This document shows, piece by piece, positions 12,874 to 26,367 of a stretch of 64,000 nt of DNA. The position numbers and the translations under genes are program-made. Below the pieces are notes generated by a model that was given only the letters and a program-made list of their open reading frames with translations, ran no database searches and was not told where the DNA came from. The stretch is from Adineta vaga (Eukaryota > Animalia > Rotifera), in the NCBI GenBank assembly GCA_021613535.1, contig CP075495.1:5766001-5830000 (forward strand). Direction: 5' to 3'. Position 1 is the first letter of the stretch; every line of letters starts with the position of its first letter.

Positions 12874-15241
12874 TCATTTCTCTAAAGCAGCCATTTCTTT
12901 AAGTTTCGACATTTTTTCATAAACTTTTGTAAAATATTTGACTGAATGTCCGACTTTTGGTCGATAAAGTGTATCTACATAATGAAAAAGATGATTTAGT
13001 GAAAAATCAACATTTTTCATAATAAAATTCTTCAATTGTTTATCATTGCTTGTTTGTAATTTTTGTAATGCACGTTCATAATATTTCAAATGTAATTTAA
13101 TTAATTCAACGAGTGCTTCGACAACAGTTTGATTTATTAATGAATAATGAATTTTAAATAAATCACGTGCAAATGTTAAATATGCTTTGGCGAATAATAA
13201 TGTACTTGGTGCTAAACGAATTTGTGTACTTTCATTTGTTGTTGTTAAAAATGGTTGAAGAAATTTTTGACTATCAAGACCTAATTCACGAAATTCAAAA
13301 TATAATTGTTCTAAACGATCATTTGTTGGTAATGTTATTGGAATCCATTTTTCATCTCGATGTCTTTGACGTAAAGTATCAATAATTACATCTTTTTGTG
13401 TATTAATTATTTGAATTAATAATTGTTCAAGTTTCTCTTCGAACATAAATTTTACATCGATTAATTTCGTTGAAAATTCATTTGCTTTTGTTAATAAAAT
13501 ATCGATATTTTTCATTGAAAAAGTGAAATTTTTCGTACTTATATATTGTTGATTATGTAAAATTGTTATTAATTTTTCAATTTCACTTGACATCCAAACG
13601 ATGAATTTTGTAAATGTAGATTTTTGATCTTTAAATATTTGCACAAATTCATAATAACTATCGACTAATCGAGTAAAAAATGTATTAGCAAAATTTTCAA
13701 CAAAAACAACATTTAATTCTTCCAATTTAGTTTGTTTAAGTGTACTTCTCATTAATGATAATTGAATAGCAATAAATAAATCACTAGAATATCAATGAAA
13801 AAGAATAACAACAATTTGTATTCATTTTTAAAATGACTTACCAAGCTTTTGGAACATAACCAAGTTGTTTTAATGTTTGTATATGATGATAATAATGTTT
13901 TAAGAGATTTGTTGAGCAACCTCGATCACAAATATTTTGAATTTCTTTTTCAATTAATTTACATAATTCTTGTTCTTTGATTTGTACACCTTTGATATAT
14001 TCATCCACGAAATGCATAGTTTGTTGAGAATGATCTTGAACAAATTGTCGAGTATGTTTTCTTGCACGAAGAATCAATTCTAATGCTTGATCGAAATTTC
14101 TTTCTGCAAGAAGAATAACAAGATTTTCTTGAGTATCAGTAACCCAATCTTCGGAATAGAAATCTTCTTCAAATAATTGTAATTGTTGTTGCTGTTGTTG
14201 TGGAACAGATGATCGATCATTGGCGGATGGTGATAATGTAATCGATGATGGAGATGCTGATAGTCGATCTGTATGTAATAGAGAACCACGTCTTTGTCGA
14301 GGATAAAGTGCACTTTCAAACATTTCCATCCAATGTTTTTTACTTTGAGCATTTTCACACATGAATGTATGTGTTTCTAAATCATGTTTGATAGAGAATG
14401 AATTTCGTAAAACATCATCTTTCACATTGATGATTTGAATTGCTGATGATTGAATTTGTTTACTTTGATCATTATTACGATTATTATTAATGCCACTTAA
14501 TGGTTGATGTAATTTGATAACTTGATCAACATCATAGGCAGTAGCTGTACGAATATTTGATGATTTAGCGACTATAAAACAATCACTGAATAAAAGACCA
14601 TAACATTGATGAGTAACATAAGATGCTGGTAATTTTGTTGATGAATGTCCTTTACTTTGTGGTTTTGTGGAAATATTCTCTAATTTTACTTCAAGTAATT
14701 TACCACTATGAATTAAACGACGATCAGAATTCACTGAAACAAGACCTAAACTTTGACAATGATGTAAAAGAGTTTCCCATGATTCATTATCGGATGTATC
14801 GGATGAATTTGTCTAAAATATTTCAAATACATAATAATTTTTTCTCTTGAAAATCGTTCGTTTCTTCTTACTTTATTTTCAACATTTAATAATTCTTTCA
14901 CAGTATTTAATAATTGTTTTTCATCAGCTAATAATGAATGTAATTGATAAACTTCGGATTCAAGTGATGAAACTTCTTTTGCTGTTTCAATAAATTTTGT
15001 ATGATTACGATAAACATTTTGTTTTAATTCGGTTTTAGCTTCACTAGATATAAGATGCATTCGTCGTTTCATATTCGTTAAATCCGTACTACCAATTGAT
15101 TTAGATGCTAAAATAAAAACATTTGATTCGAGTTCTATATGCAAATTTTCATTTACCAATCGATTGTACAAATGATTCGGGTTCAAATTTTGGTTCGAGA
15201 AATCGAGCACGAAAGCCATGATCTGCATCACTAAATTCCAT
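12874..15241 (-). CDS. EXOC8: Exocyst complex component 8 (Exo84)
   Basis: ATG 15241 MEFSDADHGFRARFLEPKFEPESFVQSI; Vps51-like ELKQNVYRNHTKFIETAKEVSSLESEVYQL; PH domain RRLIHSGKL...LFSDCF...KKHWMEMF; helical C-terminus with AERNFDQALELI. Confidence 0.92.
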
Positions 15242-15321
15242 TTTTTCTTATATCTGAAAAGTATTCGAAGAAAAAGAAAAAAGTTTATTTTATTTTTTTT
15301 CTGTCAATAGAAAGTAAAGAA

Positions 15322-16029
15322 TCAATTTCGAGCACCGAAGATTAAACTTCCAACGCGAACAATCGTACTGCCAACTTGAATTGCACGTTCATAATCATGT
15401 GACATGCCCATGGAAAGTTCAATGTCATTTAAGGCAAGATTGTATCTTTCACATAACTCTTTTCGACATTGAACTAAAACATGAAAATCTGAATCATCGT
15501 CAGCATTCACATTATCATATAAGCCAATCGTCATTAAACCTTGACAATTTAATTGTGTACAATTCGATTTAATATGTTCATATAAAGCTAAGAAATCTTT
15601 TGTAGAAACACCGGATTTTTGTTGTTCTTGACTTGTATTGATTTGTATAAGTATATTCAATGTTTTCGATTGTTGTTGAAGATTATTATTGATACGATCA
15701 GCCAATTCAATTGAATCAATCGTTTGTATACAATAAAGATTTGGTATACGTGTTAAAACACGATTTACTTTATTACTTTGTAAATGACCAACAAGATGCC
15801 AACGTATATCAGGACATTGTGTTAGAATTAAATCATCATTTGCTTTTTTTTCTAATTCATCAACATAATTCTCTCCAAATTCACGTTGACCAGCTTGATA
15901 AAGTTCGAGAATATTTTCAATAGGTTTCGTTTTTGATATGGCAATTAAACGTGCAGATGATTGATTTGGTAGTGTTAATTCTTGAATACGTTGAAGAACG
16001 GCCTTTAAATTATCAGATAGATGACTCAT
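15322..16029 (-). CDS. PLPBP: Pyridoxal phosphate homeostasis protein (YggS/PROSC family), intronless CDS
   Basis: LIAISKTKP (PLP lysine), FGENYVDEL, WHLVGHLQSNKV, GLMTIG, LSMGMSHDYERAI, VRVGSLIFGAR. The likely start MSHLS at 16029 lies 10 nt after a splice acceptor. Confidence 0.95.
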   Translation of the reverse strand: MSHLSDNLKAVLQRIQELTLPNQSSARLIAISKTKPIENILELYQAGQREFGENYVDELEKKANDDLILTQCPDIRWHLVGHLQSNKVNRVLTRIPNLYCIQTIDSIELADRINNNLQQQSKTLNILIQINTSQEQQKSGVSTKDFLALYEHIKSNCTQLNCQGLMTIGLYDNVNADDDSDFHVLVQCRKELCERYNLALNDIELSMGMSHDYERAIQVGSTIVRVGSLIFGARN

Positions 16030-16470
16030 GGTGAATATTCTGTAGAACAAAATCAACAATTTCTCATCTGAAAATAGATATTTGGATGAGAGTGGTTTGT
16101 ATCTTTTAATTTTGAATAAGAGTATCTTCTTTCTTTTTTGAAAGTACACATGTATGCTTGTATGTCATTCTTATCTATTTAAGCTATCTATCTTTTCTTT
16201 TTCTTTCGTTTGTTATTGAATGCTGTCGAGAAGCTATTGCAGGTGCAGTATGCTATGGGCAATTTACATGTTAATGCTTGCGCGATGATTCTAATATAAA
16301 CAAAGAGCAAGAGACCGGTAACACCTGATGGAATAAAGACAAAACGAATGAGAGAAAAAATAAATTGGTCTTCAATCGAGCATGAAATCTCCCTCTGGTT
16401 ATGAGAGAGAAGAGAGAGACAGAGACAGACGGAACGATGGAGACGCTCATCATCTGTCCCAATCAAAGAG

Positions 16471-16485
16471 TGAAAGAGAAAGAAA

Positions 16486-16516
<31 letters not shown>

Positions 16517-16523
16517 AAGAAAA
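16471..16523 (+). repeat. (GA)n / purine microsatellite
   Basis: Run of gagagaga... followed by aaag repeats. Confidence 0.85.
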
Positions 16524-17650
16524 AGCAACGATAGCAACATTAGATAAATTATCCTGTTTACATAGATCTATTCCTTCAATGTATGATACTACGATTAAAC
16601 ATTAGTATTAGTCCACTTGTAACGATATTGGGTAAGTTCGCTGTTTTTTTCTTTTTTTTTGTACTTAAACATAAACCAGTACCATCATAATGTCCATACA
16701 GGCCTACACATGTCAGATAGAAAGATAGATACGTTGCACAGTTGTGCGCGCACACACACACACACACACATCCCATCTTTTCAATGTCGGAAGCAAAAAC
16801 AGCAACAGTTAACTCGCACATACACACACGCGCGTATGGTGTCTGCATCGTATCAACTGTCTTCTTCTCGTCTCTCTTTTTTTCATATGCGTATATAACT
16901 TAGACGAAAAAAAACGGTACAGCTGTTCAAAACTCAATACTCATCATCATCATATAGCGGGTATGGTTACATATTTGAAAAAATTTCAAAGCAAGATGTA
17001 AGTGTCCATCTGGTCACTAGTTCAGATCCAGTTTTGTACACATAGAAAAAAAAACGTATCCACGTTTTCTCAAGAGAATAAAACGACAACTTATGACCAA
17101 AAATAGAAACATATGCCATGCAATGAGATAATTTTTAACTCATGTCATGCGCCTGTGCACATAAACAGATGTCCATTTTCGAATCATTTAGTAAATATGT
17201 ATATATACACACATACATATTGAGAATGAAAGCGATACGATCGATAAAAAACAAACTTCTAAACTTCGTCTTTTCCTTCTCATCATCAGAAAAGTAAGGT
17301 TCATTTTCTATTTATCTATTTTGTCACATTGTAAGATATTACAAATGAATAGAAAGATCATCTTCTCTACAAAAGCAAACGTGCTTATAATAAAGAAGAA
17401 TAATAATGATAGATTAGATAGCATATAATATGTATGTGTTTTCTCTTTTTCTTTTCTTTTCCGACGATCGACAGACATCCAGATAGAATAGATATGCAGC
17501 TGGACAAAAAAGGGAAAAGAAGAGGAAGAAGAAGAAGAGACAAGATTCTATTGAATGTTGTTGTAACTTGAGTAGTAGATACAAAAATGATCGACAATCG
17601 CTAGCGGTTATCTTTATTTAGTTTTGTTTCTTTAGATTAATAATCACAGT

Positions 17651-18016
17651 ATGACTTCTTCATCTTCTAATTTATATAATGAGGATGATCATAATCATAA
17701 TCATAATAATAATGACGACAACGAATTGGATGAAGAATTTCAAAAACTTGCATTACTCGTTCCAACAATTCCAAAAAATGAATGTTTAACTGAATTAGAA
17801 TTTCTCGAATTTGTTATTGCTTATATTCAACAATTACAAGAACTATTATCTCACGATCAATGGAATGAATGTCTCAATCATTTAACAACGTCTATGAAAA
17901 ATTCGTTTCTTTCTACGTCAACTAATATAAAACTTTTAATTAAAAATGAAAAATATCCTCATCGAAATCCATTATCAACAATCAATCTCGACACAAATAT
18001 ACCTCATCATCAATAG
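17651..18016 (+). CDS. Id/extramacrochaetae-type HLH protein lacking a basic region
   Basis: DEEFQKLALLVPTIPKNECLTELEFLEFVIAYIQQLQELL matches the Id/Emc HLH and is preceded by an acidic, not basic, segment. An acceptor ttctttag lies 15 nt upstream of the ATG. Confidence 0.75.
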   Translation: MTSSSSNLYNEDDHNHNHNNNDDNELDEEFQKLALLVPTIPKNECLTELEFLEFVIAYIQQLQELLSHDQWNECLNHLTTSMKNSFLSTSTNIKLLIKNEKYPHRNPLSTINLDTNIPHHQ

Positions 18017-18799
18017 AACAGTTTTCTTCCTATTAAGAACATAAACATTATTCGTTCTAATTTCGCTTGCTTCTATTAATAATATTTTTCATTTACAATC
18101 GTACAAACTTCATGGAATGAAGAATCATCGAAATAATGTTCTAAACTCCTACGTAGAACATTTTTTCAGTTTCTATTCATAATTGCTATTATTCATTATC
18201 AATCCTGACTGAAATGATCAGAAAGATTTTGTGGATTTTGTTTTTGCTTATTAAATAAATTGATATTTACCAGTTCGAATATTTACAGAAAATCTTTCTT
18301 TCTGTATGATGAGTATAATGAAGATAACACAAATTTTAGTGTAACTAACTTTCGAGATCCCATTTGATAATAGGTAATGTTCATTTTCAGTTATCTTATC
18401 CCAAAAATCTAAATGAAACTAAGCTTTTTTATTTAATAATTCTTACTGATAAAAATAACATCAATTCAAACGAATAGATATTGTTTGTATTAATAGGAAT
18501 AAATTCCACTCCATCAGTTGTATTACTAGATGTTTTTTACACTCTTGAAGTTGATAAACGGCTCTTCAATATTCTATAAACTTGAGAACAATACAAGCGG
18601 ATTAAGAACACATGAATACAAAAAAAACAATTCGTCTTTTAACATTCATGATATTAGCAAACGAGAAACAACACAAGTGACATCTATAAGTTGATTTCTA
18701 ACCAGTCAGATGCTATTACTAAGGCCACTATTTACCATAATATAGCCATGTTTTAATCGCAGAATATTAGTTCTTAAAGATCATATCATCGAGATCAGC

Positions 18800-21559
18800 A
18801 TGTCCAATTCAGTTGATAATGATGTGAATTGTGCTGTCTATCGTTCCAATGATTCAATAAATAATTTTAAAATTAGGTATAGATAAAAACCTACGAAAAT
18901 TATTTTTTGAACTCAGTTATTCTATGAATTTTAATTTAGAGTTAAATTAGAACGTTTAACATCAAATGCACTATTACCTAGTCTTCAACGATTGAAAATC
19001 GAAGATGATCTATCACGTCTACTTGGCGATGATGGTAAAAAATTGGAGAAAGCAAAAGTCAGTCGAACAGAAATGGCTCAAGCATTAGATGAAGCGAAAA
19101 GATCTGAATATGAAGAAGTTGTAATTAGTTGGCAACAAAAACTATTCAGTCGAGTATGAACATCTGTCTTGCAGTTGCTTGTTGATATATGAATATTCCA
19201 TTTTTTTCGTGTTATCAGTTCGAATTTGAAAGATATGGCAAAGGTGTTAGTGAAGCAAGTACGGCATTAGATCGAAAATATTATGATGATATACAAAAAA
19301 TGAAGTAAATAATTAGTGATATGTGAAGAAATATTCATAGATTATTTTGTTTGAATTTGATTTTAGAGCAATTCGTAAACAACCAGGACGAATCTTCACT
19401 TACATCGAAGGTGATCCTCATTGTTTTGCCAACGATGTAAGTACAGATAATCTTTGATTTACATTCATAATCTTTGATTTGAAATTTAGTTGGAATATTT
19501 TACAACGGATTCGCCAAATGATGAACCAAGTCAATTGGCTTTAGCATTAAATCATATTCGTAAGAATTTTTGAAATCAATCTTCATGTTATTAGAAATTC
19601 TATATTATCTAAAAACGATTCGTTATCATTTCTAGGAAGACGTGGTACAAACCGAACACGTTTACAAAAAAACAATTTGGTCAATGAAAAACCAACACTT
19701 CCCGAACTTCGCGAAGAACATTACGCTACTAAACCACATCAAACGATGTATATCATGGCGGATTTAAGTGATAAAATTGAGGTAGCTTCAGCACAACTCG
19801 TTGTTGTACCTCAAGCACCAAATGAACGTGTTCTATGTACAGTACGTGTTTATTCGCATGGAACACTTATTCTCGAGCCAGATTTTAATGATGGTAAAAT
19901 GGCATATATTGTGGAAACAGGAAATGTGAATAATGAAGTATATCATTATTATTTGGAACATGGTTCTCAATCAATTAATATGGATGATTTGATTAAAGAA
20001 CGAAAATTATTCAATGAAGTTTGTTTTAGACAACAAACACATCTTGCACAAATTGTTGGAAATGAATTTGATACCGTAAGTTGTTGTCAATGAATTTTGT
20101 CAAATGAAAATTTCGTTTGGTTTTAGCCACCGCCAGCTGTACTTAAATTGAATGTTTTCGGAGAAATTATTAGTGGAAAAAATTTTGAATATGACGATAT
20201 CTATGTTTATTATTGTTTGGATTTACCCGATAGTAAGTGGAAGGAATGTGAAATATTGAATGTTTGTAAGAAATTCTTTTAGATTGGTATGCAGAACCAT
20301 CGATGATATTCTCAGGTTATACACATACTGCAAGTGCAACAAAATCAAGCAAGCATGTAAGAAAGATAATGGGAATGAGGATGATATAAATTGTTTTTTT
20401 CAGAATTTATTAAAATATGAAGAAAGGAGTTTAAAGTAAAGGCTCGCTGATGTTTATATTTGATTATTGAGTGAAGATTGGATTTAAATACAAAGGTCTA
20501 GCCTATTTTTCCATGTTCGCGAATACTGAACAGTAAATTGAATTAGAAGATTTGCTTGAATCGCTAATAGATATATTTGTCGTAATGTTTTAAAAAGAAT
20601 CTTGATCTTTTCAGGATGATATTGTGTATTATTCACATCCATTTGAATTCGAACTCTGGTATAAACCATCACCTGCTTCAGCTGATCATGGTGAATATTT
20701 CATATATAATCTTTTTTAATATCTATTTTTCTTGCTTTCGAAATAGAACTTCCTCGTATGCCAAAAATTTATTTTCAAGTGGCCTCACAAGATTCATGGA
20801 GCCGTCATCGAACCGAAGGATATACCTATATTGATATTCCTAGTTTACCAGGTTTGATATTGAATTTATTGCACTCAAATAAAAAATAAAAATTTTCTCA
20901 TCATTTAAAAGGATTTTATGATGAAGAATTAACATGTTGGCGACCACGTGGAGATTCTATCTTTAATGAACTTCGACGATTCTATATAGGCGGATCAAAT
21001 GAATTAGAAGACATTAATTATGTTTCAATTCCAAAACAATTTGAAAGTGAAAAAGTATTTAAAAATAATTTTCTTCAGATATTTTAATTAAATCTCCATG
21101 TTTTAATCTAGAATAAGAATCCATTAAGTCGTTTTGGTTTTCGTACTGTAACAACAGGAACATTAAATATTCGACTTAATGTTGTTTTTCAATCACAGTA
21201 TGTTTACTTTCTGATCTTAGATAGTTGTATTTGTTTGTTTTTCCAATAGAACTATTGCTGTAGAACACGCAAAACATCGTAATGCTTACGCTACAAATCG
21301 TTATGGGTATGAAATTGAAAGAAAAATAAATAAAATAAAATATTCTAAGTTGAACTTATTTTGCAGATTCGATGCTTTTATGTCCAATATCAATAGTGTT
21401 ATCGGTAAGTATTTCCTAAAATAAATATAAGAGTTGAAAATTTATTTTTGTTTTCATCTTTCATCTTTAGATGCATTCCAACAAGCTAAAAAACGTGCAT
21501 TAGAAGTACGAGAATCAACATTACAATTGTTGACACCGAAAGCACCTGTATTTGAATGA
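18800..21559 (+). CDS. MKS1: Meckel syndrome type 1 protein (B9-domain ciliary transition zone), multi-exon
   Basis: N-terminal AVYRSNDSINNFKIRVKLERLTS; EEVVISWQQKLFS; B9 domain VFGEIISGKNFEYDDIYVYY...HPFEFEL...SQDSWSRHRTEGYTY...LRRFYIGGSNELED...FGFRTVTTGTLNIRLN. Stop TGA at 21557-21559. Confidence 0.92.
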
Positions 21560-21788
21560 TTCTATTTATGATTAACAAAACTGAAGTACCAGTCAGATGA
21601 CTTCATTTAGACACAATGACAACCAAAATATACCGTCCATAATGAACTATTCTCTTGTTTTTGAATGTTTATGCTATAGTATTGTGTTTTACTAATCTAT
21701 AATTAATCTTCTTTTTCTTTTTTTGTATTAAAAATAATTTACATGGTAATGCATAAGGGAATGAATTTTTCTTTCTAGAGATATAAAA

Positions 21789-24700
21789 ATGCATCTTCGA
21801 TCGATTGTTCGACATCGAACTGTATTATCAACATCTTTACGTATTTTACAAAGTTATACACCAACTGTTACAAGTAAATACATTATTTATTTTCTTCTTT
21901 TATGAAAAGAAAAAGATCCGAATGTTATGTTTAGATCAAACGCATTATCATCAATGGATTATGCAAAACCCAGTTGGTCGTACATCTATACCTATTCGAC
22001 GTTATTTAGCTACAAATGTTGAACAAGCAACATCTGAATCAGTATCTCGTAAAGTTTCTAAAAAGAACTTTTTATTCGAGAAGATTATGATTTTATTTTG
22101 TTTAGGTATAGAAAAACATCACTTTCAAGCTGAAACACAACAATTATTACATATTGTTGCTAAATCACTTTATTCCGATAAAGAAATCTTTGTTCGTGAA
22201 TTAATTTCTAATGCCAATGATGCATTAGAAAAATTACGTTATGTGCAATTATCAGCCGGTGGTGAACAAGTTGACGATGATAAACGAGAAATCTATATAA
22301 CTGTTGATGATATTAATAAAACATTAACAATTAAAGTTAGTTTGTTGGAAAGACTTTTTCAAAGAATAGAAAACGAAAGAAAATTTATCTGTAGGATACT
22401 GGTATTGGTATGACAAAGAAGGAAGCAATCGACAATTTAGGTACAATTGCTCGGTCAGGATCAAAATTGTTTCTTGAAGAATTAAAGAAGGATAAAGGTA
22501 CTAATGATGAAGGAAAAATTATTGGTCAATTTGGTGTCGGTTTTTATTCGGCCTTTATGGTAAATTATTCTATTTACTATTTAGAGATGAACTATTTTAA
22601 CGATCAATTTAGGTATCGAATTCTGTTGAAGTTATCACACGATCATATAAAAAAGATGAACCTGCCTATCGATGGACATCAGATGGGTATGTTTTGGAAA
22701 ATATATTGAGAAATTATTTCGAAATAATCGTTTTTTATAGATCCGGTTCATATGAAATCGAAACAATACTTGATGATGTAGATCGTGGAACAAGTATTCG
22801 TTGTTATCTACGAGATGATTGCATTGAATTTAGTAAAGAAGAAACAATCAAACGTAAGAAAGATTAGAAAAAGAAAATCAATCGATGTAGTTTTAACTTT
22901 TCTTTAAATAGAAATCGTGAAAAAATATAGTAATTTTGTTGCTGCACCCATTTACATCAATGATGTTCGTGTCAATAATCTTCGTGTAAGTTCCTTTGAC
23001 ATTCATTTTATTAAATGTCCTTGTCATTCAATAGGCCTTATGGATGGAAGATGGTAAATCAATAAAAGAAGATGAACATATCGAATTTTATCGATTTGTT
23101 TCTGGTCAATATGATAAACCACGATATACATTGCAATACAAAATTGATGTACCAATCAATGTACGAGCATTGATTTATATACCACAATATAAACCAAGTA
23201 TGTTTAAGATCTTCGAAAGATGGATGCATACAAAGAAGAATTCTTTTTAAGCTTATAACTTGACACTTATTGTTTTTCTCGTTTTATTTAATAGATATAT
23301 TCGATGTTACTCAGGAAGCTGATGTTGGTGTTGCTTTATACAGTCGAAAAGTATTGATTCAATCGAAAGCGAATCAACTTTTACCACGCTGGCTTCGATT
23401 TGTCAAAGGTAATTTCAATTAACATCCTATCAAATAGAAAATAATCTTTATTGATGATTTATTTCAGGTGTAGTTGATAGTGAAGATATACCATTGAATT
23501 TAAGTCGTGAACTTTTACAAGATAGTAATCTTATTCGGTTCGTTTCCTTTTTTCTTTCTATACCTTTGACAAATAAAGTTTTTTTGTTTAGAAAAATTCG
23601 TTTATTATTAACTCAACGAATTCTTCGATTTCTTCAAGAACAATCGAAAAAAGATAAAGCTAAATATCAAGAATTTTATGAAGATTATAAATTATTCTTC
23701 AAAGAAGGTATTGTTCGAACAGCTGATCAAGGTGAAAAAGAAGATATTGCAAAATTATTACGTTTTGATTCATCGCGTGAAGAACATGGAAGTTTAATTA
23801 GTCTTGAAGAATATATTGATCGAATGTTACCTGAACAAAAACATATCTACTATCTAGCCGGTCCATCAAGAGAATTATGTGAAAATTCACCATATTATGA
23901 AGCAATAAGACAAAAAGGTTATGAAGTCTTGTTTGTTTATGAATCCCATGATGAAGTTTTATTAATGCAATTGGCTGAATTTGATAAGAAAAAATTGAAA
24001 TCAGTTGAATCAGAATTGGAAACTGATACGAAAAAAGATGATACAATTCTTGAAGGAGGTAAGAAGGACTATCGATATTATCGGATATTATTTCATACAT
24101 CAGTAATTCAATCGGATTGTTAAATATATACTTTAAAATTTGAAAATGTTCTATAAATCGTACAACTAAAAGATTGTTAGCAGTATACATTTATGTACTG
24201 TTGATTTGAGCATTAAATCATGTCTTCTATCATAAAACTATCTTGTCAGTACATAAATAACACTGATCCTAAAGTTCGTCGAAATTTAAACGACGGTCTT
24301 CTATGATGATATTTGTGTTTAGATGCTCGTAGTTTATCTCAAGATGAAGCCAATACTTTGAAACAATGGATTCTTAAACAATATGGTGATAAGATTAAAA
24401 ATGTTAAAGTAAATTGCTTTTGATTTTTGAAAAAAACTCTGATATGTCAATGTTTTTCTTTTAAAGATCAATACGAAACTTGATCAACATCCATGTATTA
24501 TCACCACAAATGAAATGGGTGCTGTTCGCCATTTCTTAAAAACTAATTTACTTCAACGAAATAAACAACAAGAAATTTATAAAGTTCTTCAACTTAATTT
24601 CGATATTAATCCAAAACATGTTCTCATTAAAAAACTTTATACACTTCAAAAATCGAATAATATAGATTTAGCAGTTATGCTTGGTCAACAAGTATGAAAT

Positions 24701-24850
24701 TACTTTTGCATATTATCTCAACAATTGCTATGAATATTCTTGTTTTAGTTAATCGATAATGCAATGGTTACTGCTGGTCTTGTCGAAGATCCACGTTTAA
24801 TTCTAACTGGTATGAATAAACTATTAGAAAAAGTTTTGGAAAAATATTAA
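21789..24850 (+). CDS. TRAP1: Mitochondrial Hsp90 (TRAP1/Hsp75), multi-exon
   Basis: Arg-rich transit peptide; [40 protein letters not shown]; [11 protein letters not shown]; [14 protein letters not shown]; [12 protein letters not shown]; no C-terminal MEEVD. Confidence 0.95.
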
Positions 24851-25018
24851 ACAAAACTAAGAAAAAGAAAACAAAAAGATCAAAATTATGTTTTTTGTGT
24901 CTTTTGTTCTGAAATAAAAAAAAAGAAAGAAGTAATTTCAACAATCCTATCAGACAAATGTTTGTTTTTTTTTCTTTTTGGAAAGACATTAAACAAAGCA
25001 AAAGAAATAACTGTTCGT

Positions 25019-26367
25019 TTATGAAGTTTTATCATTTCGATGTATGGTTTCATCCCAACTAAATGAAAGTAATTCAACATGTGTTGGAAATTTATATTTT
25101 TGCATCGTTAATATTCGACGCCAAATTTCACGCATATTATTCATTGATCCAGGCTAGATAAAGAAGTTTGGAAATAGATATTTATTCATTTCTTTTCTCT
25201 ATCAACTTACAAAATGTCCAAACATAATCGTATAAAACGATTTTGATGACATAAAACGAGTATGTGCTAATTGTTGAGGTATCGTATAGAGTGAGCCAAG
25301 TTGGGCATATGTGACATTAGCAGCACTCGCTACAGCTCCAGTAATGTAATAGTCATCAACCCAAAAGAATGGTACATAAAGACTGGCATTATACCTAAAT
25401 GAAATCGAATGGAATATATATTGGATTAATAACAAAAGATAATATTACATCTTTGCAGGCATATCTCCCGTGAGAATAAAAGCTAGAAAGAAAAGAAAAA
25501 AACTTGAAACTAATTATAGATTCTATTATTTTCATGTATTTTTCCATGAAAATAAAGGAAATTCCTTTGAGATTTTTCATGAAACATTGATATTTACCTG
25601 AACCACTACAATAGGGTGGAAATTTATCTAATGGAAAATCATCTCGACTTAAATACCATTTTGATTTACTAAAATGAAAATACATGATGGTTTTTTTTCT
25701 CTCTTCAATCAAAATCAATATTTGCATTTGCTTACCTATCTCTCATCACGCCCATTGCTTGCCATAATAAACAGAGTATAGTACTATGCTTATTTGGATT
25801 ATGTTTATCAAGAAATTTCAGATGATTAATCAATGTAAATGTATTGACAACAATATCATCATCAACTTTCAAAACATATTTCGTTTGTGGACAATAAGTT
25901 GAAATCCATTTCATCGCCATAACTCCTTTGTATGAAAGATTCTTATATGCATCAATAAAATCTTCTTGAACAATATCTTGATAGATTTCATTTTCATATT
26001 CAATAGCTTTCATAATATTTTTATCAAGTGTTTGTCCAATCATAAATACAAGACGTAAATCAGGAAATAATGTTCGTGTTGACCATGTTTCTCGTATAAC
26101 CGTTCGACGTTGATAATTTGTTGGACCCGAATGAACATAAACTAATAAATAAACAGATGAATTACTATTATCACACACTGAATGTCCCGGATTAAGTATA
26201 TAGGAAAAATTATGTGGATTAACGATGTGATCACGTGGATAATAAGGATTAGTTACAGGTATTGGTGTTGAAGTTGGTTTTGTTGAGACATTTTCTTGCT
26301 TTTTCAAACTGTTTAAGAAACCAATATGAAGAGATAGAAGTAGAAGAAATATGTAAGAGTATTGCAT
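25019..26367 (-). CDS. GT31 beta-1,3-galactosyltransferase-like protein
   Basis: N-terminal signal anchor; RRTVIRETW, DIVQEDFIDAYKNLSYKG, LKVDDD (DxD), FPPYCSG, WVDDYYITG. Four downstream exons end DKTS* at 25019. Confidence 0.9.

Noticed and set aside
16188-17597. Short ORFs and E-box-like hexamers upstream of the Id/emc gene
   Set aside because: The ORFs derive from GA/CA microsatellites, and CANNTG hexamers are too frequent to call without conservation data.
18640-18800. X-box upstream of MKS1
   Set aside because: The best candidate (ATTACTAAGGCCAC) deviates from the consensus at several positions.
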